Below, piece by piece: positions 18,673 through 27,508 of a DNA stretch of 64,000 nucleotides. The stretch comes from an uncultured Acidobacteriota bacterium (lineage in GTDB: Bacteria; Acidobacteriota; Blastocatellia; Pyrinomonadales; Pyrinomonadaceae): assembly GCA_963726075.1 (NCBI GenBank), contig CAVSAQ010000002.1:607868-671867 (forward strand), given 5' to 3'. A program made the translations under genes and the position numbers. The notes under the pieces were generated by a model. It was not told where the DNA came from. It worked only from the letters and a program-made list of their open reading frames with translations, and searched no databases. Position 1 is the first letter of the stretch. Each line of letters begins with the position of its first letter.

Positions 18673-19809
18673 ATGACGCAACACCGATCTCTTCTTACCG
18701 TACTCTGGTTGTTGGCATTTGTTACTTCCAGTTGCGCTCAGACGAAGCAGGAACGTGAACCTGTCGCCGCCGCCCCGCCGCGGCTCATTTGGCAACATGA
18801 CACTGGTGGTTGACTGTTCTCGGTCCCCGCGGTCGCGGAGGATACGGTCTTCGTCGGTTCATGTGCCGGAATTTTCTATGCGTTCAACAAAGCTACGGGG
18901 GCGGTGCGGTGGAGTTATGACATTGGGAAAGATGGAAAGCAAAAGAGCTTTCATGGGAACCCGTTAATTACCGATGATTTGATTCTGATTGGCACTGATC
19001 TTAACTGTGTGCCCGATGGCGTTGGGCACGTCTACGCTTTTGAAAGAAGCACCGGCAAAGTGCGCTGGAAGTATCAAACAACCAGTGTCCCTACAGACAT
19101 CCTCCGTATCGGCCCGAACGTTTATTTCGGCAGCTTCCAGGATAATTGGTACGCAGTTGCGCTGCGGACTGGTGAGTTGGTCTGGAAATTTTCAACCGGC
19201 TCACCAAATGAAAGCTGCGACATGATCAAATCGCCGGTTGCTGATGACCGGCATCTTTACATCACCGGAATGGATGGAATTGTCTACTCGCTTGAGGCCG
19301 CATCCGGTCGCGTCGCCTGGAAACGAAAGCTGCCCGCGGCTCCCTCGACTGGTTTGGCGCTCAAGGGCAAGACGCTTTTTGTCGGCGCCAGCAACAATCA
19401 GATTTATCGACTGAACGCCGAGACGGGAACCACCGTTGCCGAGTTCCCGGTAGTGGCGATGCCTTTTGGAAGAATCACGTGGACCGCCAACGCACTGCTG
19501 TTGTTTTTAGACAATCGCTCGGAACGTGCGGGATACGTTGTTACAGTCGATCCGGATCTAAAGAAAGCGCGATGGCAGCAGTCATCTGCGAATTGGAGAT
19601 CCGAACGTCCTCACGCCTGGGGGGATCTGGTCGTGGCCGGTAACTGTCGCGGTGAGGTAGAAGCATTTCAGGCTTCTGACGGTGCGCCACAGTGGCAGCT
19701 GAATCTGAAGGGCTGTATTTCGAGCATTGGGAGTTCCGAAAAGAGAATGTTTGTTGGCGTGCAGGAGGGAACGCTTTACGCGTATGAACTCTTGTCGCCA
19801 AAGCAATAG
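18673..19809 (+). CDS. PQQ-like (BamB-type) beta-propeller lipoprotein with in-frame UGA 18811..18813 (candidate selenoprotein; alternatively a nonsense pseudogene)
   Basis: ATG 18673 encodes lipoprotein signal MTQHRSLLTVLWLLAFVTSSC; the frame continues through TGA with no other stop into ORF 18904..19809; repeated W...G..YA...TG..W propeller blades. Confidence 0.6.
18824..18842 (+). promoter_or_regulatory. candidate bacterial SECIS hairpin
   Basis: TCC-CCGC-GGTC-GCGG-A-GGA: 7 bp with one bulged A, GGUC loop at 18831..18834, 17 nt after UGA (same spacing and apex as at 2283). Confidence 0.55.
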
Positions 19810-19834
19810 CAACTTAAGCAAGAGGAGAATACAA

Positions 19835-20311
19835 ATGAAACGTTTAGGATTAGTAGTCGCAATCGCAATCGCGGTCGTTGGCTTCGCCATCGGCCAAAAC
19901 ATGAGCCACTCATCAGATCATGGCTTCTTCCAAACAGCGGACCTGAAGTGGACGGACGGACCGGCATCTCTGTCAAAGGGAGCGAAGGTCGCTTTGATGG
20001 AAGGTAATCCGGCTCAGGAAGGTCCATTCACGATGCGCTTGCATCTACCGGACGGTTTTAAGATTCAGCCGCATTCGCATCCGGCCGTTGAGCACGTCAC
20101 CGTGATCTCCGGCACGTTCAATCTCGGCATGGGCGAGAAGTTTGACACGTCTGCGGGCCGCGCCCTGCCCGCCGGCTCTTTTGCTTTCATGCAGCCCGGT
20201 ATGAAGCACTTCGCCTGGGCGAAGGGAGAGACTGTGGTTCAGGTGCACGGGATCGGCCCCTGGAAAATTAATTACGTGAATCCAGCGGACGATCCGAGAA
20301 ATCAGAAGTAG
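19835..20311 (+). CDS. secreted cupin-domain protein
   Basis: Signal peptide, cupin motifs (HSHPAVEHVTVISG ... MKHF); 25 nt after the propeller gene, RBS AGAGGAG. Confidence 0.7.
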   Translation: MKRLGLVVAIAIAVVGFAIGQNMSHSSDHGFFQTADLKWTDGPASLSKGAKVALMEGNPAQEGPFTMRLHLPDGFKIQPHSHPAVEHVTVISGTFNLGMGEKFDTSAGRALPAGSFAFMQPGMKHFAWAKGETVVQVHGIGPWKINYVNPADDPRNQK

Positions 20312-20499
20312 TCGCTTGCGATTGCAAAAGCGCTGCTGCTGATGGCTGCTGTTGGAAAGCGACGGAGAAAAATCCGTCCCCCAAACGTCCCCCAGCAATA
20401 CGCAAATCAGGCAATGCATGCACGGGTATGCAGCGCATGCACGTTGATTTTTCCTGAGCCGTTTTGTAAGTTGTGAAAATAAAGGAGCGAAACTTTTGA

Positions 20500-20544
20500 T
20501 TCCCAAGCTGAAAGTTGCGAGTTCGAGCCTCGTCACCCGCTCCA
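20500..20544 (+). other. tRNA-Gly 3' fragment (anticodon loop to CCA), probable integration-site remnant
   Basis: TTCCCAAGCT...GCGAGTTCGAGCCTCGT-CACCCGC-T-CCA resembles a bacterial tRNA-Gly 3' half (T-arm, acceptor CCCGC, discriminator U); no matching 5' half upstream. Confidence 0.5.
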
Positions 20545-20756
20545 AATTCCTCAGTAATTTCGTATCTCAATTTTCGAACGTTAGAGAAACGTTAGAAACG
20601 TCTCGCAAACGTCCGGCAGAGTCTCTCTGCGTAACTGTCAGGCTCCAGAAGTAAATTGATAATGTCTTCAGGTAGGTGATTCGCAAGCATCAATATCCTG
20701 GCAGGTCAAAATTTGCTCAGCTTGATGACAAGGGGCACACCCAAAATTTCAGACGA

Positions 20757-21197
20757 TTACAGTTTCGCGAAGAGGCCGGGATTTCGCCGATTGTCTGGCG
20801 GGAACGTGGCGTGACATTCATACATCAACGTTGCATCTGCCTTGACAGTGATTTCATTGATCACAGACACGACGCCATTGGCAGTCTGCGCTGCGTGAGT
20901 AGCAGCCATCTTATTGCCGAAGTCATTGACAGTTCCTCGCAGCGTAACCACGCCATCACGAGAGAGAACACAAATCTCGCGCGAACCGATATCATTACCT
21001 AAGCCAATCTCCCTTAATATCCATTGTTCGACCTCGCTGTCTCGTAGTTTGCGCACGATAGATCTCTCCATGTTTTGTGGCTTGCAGCAATGCCCGAGAC
21101 GTGAGGACCGGGTCGCAGGGATCAACGGGCCAACTTCAAATACCGGCACGTGGGCCACTTTTCTCAAGCTGATGTTGGCGGGCCCTTTCTTAGCCAT
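20757..21197 (-). CDS. BON-domain protein (start may be the internal Met at 21071)
   Basis: VVTLRGTVNDFGNKMAATHAAQTANGVVSVINEITV is a BON-domain signature. Confidence 0.6.
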   Translation of the reverse strand: MAKKGPANISLRKVAHVPVFEVGPLIPATRSSRLGHCCKPQNMERSIVRKLRDSEVEQWILREIGLGNDIGSREICVLSRDGVVTLRGTVNDFGNKMAATHAAQTANGVVSVINEITVKADATLMYECHATFPPDNRRNPGLFAKL

Positions 21198-21322
21198 ACC
21201 TGGCGCAAACGCGGCCGGAATCCGGCCACGGTTCGAGGTTCTTGCACAACTCAGACACGAGGTTCAGTTCGAGACCATGGCGGTAGTTGTGTTCCTCTCG
21301 CAATCGCATGCATTCACGACGA

Positions 21323-22348
21323 TCAAAAATCCCCGCGGCTTATTCCCTTGTTCGCGATGCCTTTGTTCTGCAAAATGCGGACTTCGACTCGCCGGTTCTT
21401 CGCGCGACCGGCCGCCGTTTTGTTATCGGCCACGGGCTTTGACTCGCCGAATCCAAATGGTTGAACCAAACGGCGCAGATCCAGACCATGCACGCCCACC
21501 AGGTATTGAATTACTGCCTTTGCGCGGCGCTCGCTGAGGGCGCGATTCCTCGCGGTATTGCCGGTGGTATCTGCGTAACCGACTACTTCAACCAGCCAAC
21601 CGTTCGCATTTCCGCTGGCTTTCTCCGCTTTTGCCCAAGCCGCCGCTTCGTCGATTGTCGCCCTGGCCGTAGGATTGATTACGCTGCTGTTCACTTTAAA
21701 CAAGACTGGTATGTTACGAATCGTATCGTAATCATCGAGCCCATTGATCCGGTTGTTCGCCAAAGCAGCATCTTTGAAAGCCTGATCAGCCGTTGCCTGG
21801 GCTGCCTCGGCCTTGGCCCTGGCATCATTGGCGAGCGCGGTGTTTTCGGAGATCTGACCTGCCATAACGCGCGCGTTCTCTTCGGCCCTTCGGGCGGCCT
21901 CTTCAGCAGCTGCAATTCTCGCCTGGTTATCCTGGGCCATTTCATCCGTTTGTCTCACAGCTTGCGCAGATCGCAAGTCCTGCTCATCAAACCTCACCCA
22001 ATCGGCAACCAGATTGCCATCCGAATCTCCTCGTCCCTGAGCTTGCAAACGCAGACCGCGCATGATGTAGGTGACGGGATAGTCTTTCTTGCCCCTGAGA
22101 CCTCTGCTATGCGAAGTCACATCGGTGGAACTCGTTAAGAGCACCGTGGTCTCGTTGCCGCCCGGATCACGTACTTTGATCGCATCCCCGCTGCGGGTAC
22201 TGACGACCCCCTGAATCTTTAGCTTTTGACCCTGTGGCACCGACACGGATCGGACACTGTCGGGTTGCGCCGAGGCCGCGACTACGGACATCAGCGTTAC
22301 CCCAAAGGCCAACGCCATAAGCACCGCGATTGATTTTCTGTTTGTCAT
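21323..22348 (-). CDS. OmpA-family protein with central coiled coil
   Basis: Signal peptide; C-terminal OmpA-like domain (GYADTTGNTARNRALSERRAKAV). Confidence 0.8.
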   Translation of the reverse strand: MTNRKSIAVLMALAFGVTLMSVVAASAQPDSVRSVSVPQGQKLKIQGVVSTRSGDAIKVRDPGGNETTVLLTSSTDVTSHSRGLRGKKDYPVTYIMRGLRLQAQGRGDSDGNLVADWVRFDEQDLRSAQAVRQTDEMAQDNQARIAAAEEAARRAEENARVMAGQISENTALANDARAKAEAAQATADQAFKDAALANNRINGLDDYDTIRNIPVLFKVNSSVINPTARATIDEAAAWAKAEKASGNANGWLVEVVGYADTTGNTARNRALSERRAKAVIQYLVGVHGLDLRRLVQPFGFGESKPVADNKTAAGRAKNRRVEVRILQNKGIANKGISRGDF

Positions 22349-22507
22349 TTCTCTCCTCCCAAGTTAGTAGGTTGTGGTCCAGCGAAACAAGTAAGTTCTG
22401 GCTCCCCAAACGGGTCCTTCTTCTGGAAAACGACACGGCGTTTACCGTCCGTCTCGCGCCACAAGTGGTCAATCACAAATGGTAAAAGCGATGTTAAGCA
22501 TTTAGTA

Positions 22508-22523
22508 CTGTCAAATCTGACAG
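22508..22523. promoter_or_regulatory. CTGTCA-N4-TGACAG palindrome
   Basis: CTGTCAAATCTGACAG; TACCAT (minus strand, 22479..22484) 23 nt beyond, facing the OmpA-family gene. Confidence 0.55.
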
Positions 22524-22713
22524 TATGGGTAGCGACCGAAGGGTGAAGTTGTTTTGCATGTCATCGCTTTGAATGAAACTGGCAGGAGGGCGAGTGGGTT
22601 AAACCTTAGCCGCGAAAGAGCGCTGGAATTCGAGACAATTTCGTCGCGAACGAGCGTCGATTTTGATGCTGTATTCGATCTCAGAGGCTTGGCAAGACTG
22701 TCTCAGCAAATGG

Positions 22714-23343
22714 TTAGCGAAAGGCACTGATAGAAACACTACGATTTAGGATCATGTCGAATTCGGTTCCGGGCTCCACCTCGGCCTCCTGACCTTTCTT
22801 GATGAACCCGCGAGCCGCCCCCACCAGGCCTCCGCTAACCACACCTGATCCGCCGCTAATTAATCCTCCCACCACCATGCCACGGCCAATGAACCGGGCA
22901 TTCCGTTTCTTTGAAGACTTGCCCTTGATTTCGCTTTCATTGTCCGAGGAATCAGAAGCAGCCAGCGACCCGCTGATGGAATAGCTCACGCCGTTCGGAG
23001 TCGTTATCGACGTAAAAGTGACATTGAGGCTGCCGGCCTCGCTCTTGCGGCTGGCGCGTTCGACGTGCGTTACGTGACCGTGAACAATGGCGCCTGCCGG
23101 GATGACTTCCACGCCTTTCACATACACCGGAGTCACCACCGTCGTAATAAACGGACTACCAACCTGAGCTTTTTTTGAAGTAAGTCTGTCGTTCATTCGC
23201 AGACGAATAATCGTGTCGGCCGCCACTGTGTACTTTGGGGTCTTGCGTTTTGCCTGGCCTGCGCCCGCGATCGTGACCGTTGTTAACATCGATGCGATTA
23301 ACGGCGTGAGCAACAGACACTTGAAGATGTTATTTCGCTGCAT
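22714..23343 (-). CDS. secreted hypothetical protein with C-terminal glycine-zipper region
   Basis: Signal peptide from Met at 23343 (RBS GGGAGG); GGLISGGSGVVSGGLVGAA near C-terminus. Confidence 0.5.
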   Translation of the reverse strand: MQRNNIFKCLLLTPLIASMLTTVTIAGAGQAKRKTPKYTVAADTIIRLRMNDRLTSKKAQVGSPFITTVVTPVYVKGVEVIPAGAIVHGHVTHVERASRKSEAGSLNVTFTSITTPNGVSYSISGSLAASDSSDNESEIKGKSSKKRNARFIGRGMVVGGLISGGSGVVSGGLVGAARGFIKKGQEAEVEPGTEFDMILNRSVSISAFR

Positions 23344-23416
23344 CGAGCCTCCCACCGAGCGATCAGGAATAATCAAATTGGTGGGTAACGATAGCTTGGG
23401 GTGTGGGCGCCGCGCC

Positions 23417-23432
23417 CTGTCAAAAGTACCAG
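23417..23432. promoter_or_regulatory. CTGTCA-N4-TGACAG-type palindrome between divergent genes
   Basis: CTGTCAAAAGTACCAG; TAAACT 23 nt to the right and TATCGT (minus) 23 nt to the left. Confidence 0.5.
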
Positions 23433-23564
23433 TTCGCGGTGTTTAGAGTCGCGCGTAAACTCTGCCAGACAGTGTCCGAAAGGACTGCTGGGAAACAACG
23501 TGCTGGCCTTAGAGGCAAAAATCATCGGACAGAACCCGTCGTTGATAAGAACCAGGAGTCGGCT

Positions 23565-24095
23565 ATGAAACTACGATTCGCTTTGGTATTGCTTTCCGTG
23601 CTGATCGCATTCTCCTCGCCGCAAATTCTTGCGCAAGAGACAAACGATGCGACCGAAACCGCGGAGAGACTTCGCGGACAAATGAGTCAAGTACAGAATG
23701 ACGAGGCTGAGTTGAAAATTCGGCTGGAGCAGATCACTTTTGACCTAAGACCCGAGAATATCGAACGCCACTTTGCGGGGTACGGGTCGACTCGCCCAGA
23801 GGAACTGCGCGAAGGGCGTCGCCGGAAACTTCAACTGGAAAAAGACCGGGTTCAGTCGTTACTGACTGAATTGGATGGACGCCGGCAGCGTTTGGAATCA
23901 GCAATCGCAGCGGCTGATGCGAAGGTTTATCAGCAGAGTGCGCTTGGAGCGGTATCACTCCAATCCGATCCAGAACGGCAAGCGCGATTTTTCACAGCCA
24001 CACGCATGCTGGCGGGCGGCGTGATCGTTTTGCTTCTGATCGGCGGGGTTTTGCTGCTCTTCGCCGCGCGAAAACGGCGACAGTTGGCCGCCTAA
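23565..24095 (+). CDS. secreted coiled-coil protein with C-terminal TM anchor
   Basis: Signal peptide MKLRFALVLLSVLIAFSSPQILAQ, coiled coil, C-terminal hydrophobic segment plus KRRQ. Confidence 0.5.
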   Translation: MKLRFALVLLSVLIAFSSPQILAQETNDATETAERLRGQMSQVQNDEAELKIRLEQITFDLRPENIERHFAGYGSTRPEELREGRRRKLQLEKDRVQSLLTELDGRRQRLESAIAAADAKVYQQSALGAVSLQSDPERQARFFTATRMLAGGVIVLLLIGGVLLLFAARKRRQLAA

Positions 24096-24220
24096 CCTTT
24101 CTTTAAGTTGGCCTGATCGATTCTTCAGAAGTTGCGGCTAATTACTCAATACTGACGAACACTGTCGAACCTAACACTCGTGCGACTTTGCGAGCGTCCT
24201 GGTCACTGGTTTTGCTCAGC

Positions 24221-24236
24221 CTGTAAAAACTGACAG
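24221..24236. promoter_or_regulatory. CTGTCA-N4-TGACAG-type palindrome
   Basis: CTGTAAAAACTGACAG; TAAATT at 24261..24266, 24 nt beyond; upstream of 24311. Confidence 0.5.
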
Positions 24237-24310
24237 TTACCGCCGCCGCGGACTGATCGCTAAATTCACTCACCCCGGATCAGAATTCTGAAAGGAAGAA
24301 GGTGTTAGCG

Positions 24311-24889
24311 ATGAAGCGTATGGGACTCTTTCACATCTTAGCGATGGCCGCAGTGTTGGCGTTGTGGTGTGTGTCGGCGACAGCGCAGGAGATCAAGTTT
24401 AATTTCATGCCCGGGACCGATTTTTCGAAATACCGCACCTATAAGTGGGTGCGCGTTCCGAAAGCCGAATATCCCAATCAAATCCTCGATACGCAAATTA
24501 TGCAGGCCATCGACGCCCAGCTGTCTATAAAAGGCCTGGCCAAGACCGACGGCGAAGCTCCGGATCTCTATGTCGCGTACCAAGCGGCGGTAAACCAGGA
24601 GAAGCAATGGAATTCGTACAGTACTGACATGGGCGGGTTTGGCTATGGCCGATGGGGCGGCTGGGGAGGATATGGCGGCGGTATGTCAACCACGACTACC
24701 ACGAGTGAGACGATAAATATTGGCACCTTGAATGTAGACATCTACGATGTGGCCGCGAAGAACCAGATTTGGCGCGGCGCGGCGACCAAGACGCTCGGTT
24801 CGGGCAAAGATCCATCCAAAGTCCAGAGGAACATTAATAAGGCCATGGAGAAACTTTTCAAGAAATATCCTCCCCCAGCGAAGAATTAA
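24311..24889 (+). CDS. DUF4136-like secreted/lipoprotein with Gly/Trp-rich insert
   Basis: Signal peptide; FSKYRTYKW and DLYV motifs typical of DUF4136; GGFGYGRWGGWGGYGGG insert. Confidence 0.55.
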   Translation: MKRMGLFHILAMAAVLALWCVSATAQEIKFNFMPGTDFSKYRTYKWVRVPKAEYPNQILDTQIMQAIDAQLSIKGLAKTDGEAPDLYVAYQAAVNQEKQWNSYSTDMGGFGYGRWGGWGGYGGGMSTTTTTSETINIGTLNVDIYDVAAKNQIWRGAATKTLGSGKDPSKVQRNINKAMEKLFKKYPPPAKN

Positions 24890-25028
24890 GTCGGTTGTGT
24901 GGCCGTTCGTGGAAGACAGCCGGCCAGGGCTCGATGACGGCAGCCGCAAGTGGCTGATCCTGTTGTTGTCGCTACTCCAACAGGCGACCGTCAGGCCGCT
25001 CAACTCTTTCGTTGGACTTGCTGCGACC

Positions 25029-27308
25029 ATGCGACAGTTGTTCATCGGCACTCTCCTTTTTATTCTCCCTACACTAGTACTTGCTCAAAACACGCGTCCC
25101 CTACCGCAACGGCGTCAGGCCAAGCGGTCGAATCAAGTCAGAAACTCGGCTCACGTGCGTGACTGGGAAAATCGCGTGATGTCCCGCGTGCTATCCAACG
25201 ACCCGAAGGTCCGGATAACCGCCGAAGCCGCCCTGGTCCAACGGAGGGAGCGTTCGCTTCCCTTGCTGAGGCGACTCCTCAACCATGGCGATGAAGATCT
25301 GGATCAAAGGACTTTTAAGATCATCCAGCGGATTGGTCCACGGGCCATTCCGCTGCTGGTGGAACTGCTTCGGCATGACGACGTCTCTCTCCGGCGCAGC
25401 GCTCTTAATGAATTGATTGACCTGGTGCCCGATACGGAACCGATTCAACCGGCGTTGAGGCGGGCTCTGAAAGACGAGGATTCGATAGTTGTGGGTGATG
25501 CCGCACGTGCCTTGGGCGCTTTGGGCCCTAAGGCGAGTCCTTCGGTACGCGCTCTGGTTCAGACTCTCTCGCACGACGATCCATACGTTCGCATTTACGT
25601 GGCTGAGGCCTTGGCCTCCATCGGTCCGAAGGCGCGCGCGGCGACCAAAGACCTCGCCAGAGCGCTGAGCGATCCGATTCCCGGTGTCCGTTGGGCGGCG
25701 TGTGAGGCTCTCGCAAGCATTGGCCCGGCCGCGCAGTCCGCAGTGCCGCAGTTGATCGAAGCTCTGAAGGATGAATTCCTCTATGTGCGCATCTTCGCGG
25801 CTGGTGCACTGGGAAGCATCCAACCGAGGACACAGACGGCAGTTGAGGCGCTGAGAGCGGCCGCAAACGATCCCGCGATGCGTGACGAAGTGTTGTGGGC
25901 GTTGAATCGAATCGCCGGCGTCGAGTCCGGACAGACTGTCGTCTCAACCCGCATATCCTCCCCCACTCCTGCGCCCCAACCTGCGACGACAGTGGCCCCA
26001 ACGGGCAATCCCCCGGTTGAGTGGAATATCACCACGGGGAAGAACATCGTCTGGAGCGTCGAATTGGGAAACGAGACGTTTGGGAGTCCGGTAGTTGCCG
26101 GCAATTTGGTCTATGTGGGTACCGACAACGACAGAAAAATGAACCCCGCCTTCCAGGAAGAGTCCGGCGTGCTCATGGCTTTTCGGATTACGGATGGCGC
26201 GTTCCTTTGGCAGGACGTGGCCCCGCGAGTTGAGCGCGGACTGCGGGAATTTCTGCTGCCTTCGACGACTAGCGCACCGTATGTGGAAGGTAACCGTTTG
26301 TACTACGTCACCGCTGAGTGCCAACTTCGTTGCCTCGACACGCAGGGGTTTCTCGACGACGGGAACGTTGGCCCATTTCGAGAAGAGGTCTTCAAGGACC
26401 GTGCTGCGGCCGATATCGTCTGGGAACTGGACATGGCCCGCTTGGGTGTCTATCCGCATGAAGCCTGCAACAGCGAGGTTCTGCCTGTGGGTAATCTACT
26501 GGTGGTCTCTACTTCCAACGGCCAGAATGAAGGCCACACGCGCGTCCCATCGCCGCGCGCCCCAAGTCTGATCGCCGTGAACAAACACTCGGGCGAAGTC
26601 GTCTGGCGTGCGATGGGCGCGGGCGATCAGGTTTTGCATGGCCAGTGGTCCAGCCCGGTGGCGGCAAATGTCAACGGACGCATGCAGGTGCTCTTCGGCG
26701 GAGGAGATGGCTGGCTGCGCGCTTACGACGCAGCGGCGGGCCGAGAAGTCTGGCGATTCGACGGCAATCCGAAAGACGCCCGCTTTCTTCCGCGCCCCGG
26801 CGTACTTTCGCGCAGCGCTATCATTGCTTCACCGGCGTTCGCCGACGGCCGCGTCTTCATCGCGATGGGGCAGAGTCCAGGCCACGGCGATGGACCTTCT
26901 CTGATTCATGCCGTCAGTCCCAACGGCCAGGGAGAAGTCACCGAGAGCAGACTCCTCTGGACTTCTCGCGAGGTGGGCCGCGTGGTTGGCACGCCCATCG
27001 TGAAAGACGGTCTGCTGTACGTTGGGGACCTGGGCGGAACGATTCATTGTCTGGACGCGACAACCGGCGCAACAGTCTGGAAGCACGACACGTTCGAGGC
27101 CATCTGGGGTTGCCTCCTGCTGGCCGGCGACCGCCTTTACGTTGGGAACGCGGCCGGCAGCATGACCGTTTTACGTGCCGGACGGCGAAAGGAATTGCTG
27201 GCGCAGATCGAAATGGATGCGCCGCTCTATTCGCGTCCGGCGGTGAGCGGCGATGCGCTTTACTTGGCCACTGCCAGCCGCTTGTACCTTATCGCGGCAA
27301 GGCCTTGA
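25029..27308 (+). CDS. secreted HEAT-repeat plus PQQ-like beta-propeller protein
   Basis: Signal peptide; repeated HEAT units (D..VR..AA.ALG.IGP.A); C-terminal propeller blades (G..VW). Confidence 0.75.
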   Translation: MRQLFIGTLLFILPTLVLAQNTRPLPQRRQAKRSNQVRNSAHVRDWENRVMSRVLSNDPKVRITAEAALVQRRERSLPLLRRLLNHGDEDLDQRTFKIIQRIGPRAIPLLVELLRHDDVSLRRSALNELIDLVPDTEPIQPALRRALKDEDSIVVGDAARALGALGPKASPSVRALVQTLSHDDPYVRIYVAEALASIGPKARAATKDLARALSDPIPGVRWAACEALASIGPAAQSAVPQLIEALKDEFLYVRIFAAGALGSIQPRTQTAVEALRAAANDPAMRDEVLWALNRIAGVESGQTVVSTRISSPTPAPQPATTVAPTGNPPVEWNITTGKNIVWSVELGNETFGSPVVAGNLVYVGTDNDRKMNPAFQEESGVLMAFRITDGAFLWQDVAPRVERGLREFLLPSTTSAPYVEGNRLYYVTAECQLRCLDTQGFLDDGNVGPFREEVFKDRAAADIVWELDMARLGVYPHEACNSEVLPVGNLLVVSTSNGQNEGHTRVPSPRAPSLIAVNKHSGEVVWRAMGAGDQVLHGQWSSPVAANVNGRMQVLFGGGDGWLRAYDAAAGREVWRFDGNPKDARFLPRPGVLSRSAIIASPAFADGRVFIAMGQSPGHGDGPSLIHAVSPNGQGEVTESRLLWTSREVGRVVGTPIVKDGLLYVGDLGGTIHCLDATTGATVWKHDTFEAIWGCLLLAGDRLYVGNAAGSMTVLRAGRRKELLAQIEMDAPLYSRPAVSGDALYLATASRLYLIAARP

Positions 27309-27508
27309 TCCTAAAAACCGGCAGTTAACACCGCGCGGGCAAGCGCAGCCAAGACCAAACTGGGCTTAACGCAAAGGAACGCGGAGAAGTTGGTGTAGAC
27401 ATTAGTTCCTCAGAAATTTTTTTGTCATCACCCGACCGCGGTAATGCCGGTTTTCGATCGGAAGGGTATTAGATCGTAAGGCGGATTCCGAGCCTGAGAC
27501 CTTGAGCT

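Noticed and set aside
2263-18813. The in-frame TGAs could reflect an alternative genetic code in which UGA is read as Trp or Gly.
   Set aside because: Many well-supported genes in the window terminate at TGA, for example 3779..4867 and phnD at 10045..10047. UGA is therefore a normal stop here.
15313-20756. I searched the intergenic regions around selD for a tRNA-Sec gene (selC), looking for a UCA anticodon loop, a long variable arm and an 8/5 acceptor/T geometry.
   Set aside because: Nothing was found. The only tRNA-like sequence is the tRNA-Gly 3' fragment at 20500..20544, and it is too short to be a tRNA-Sec.
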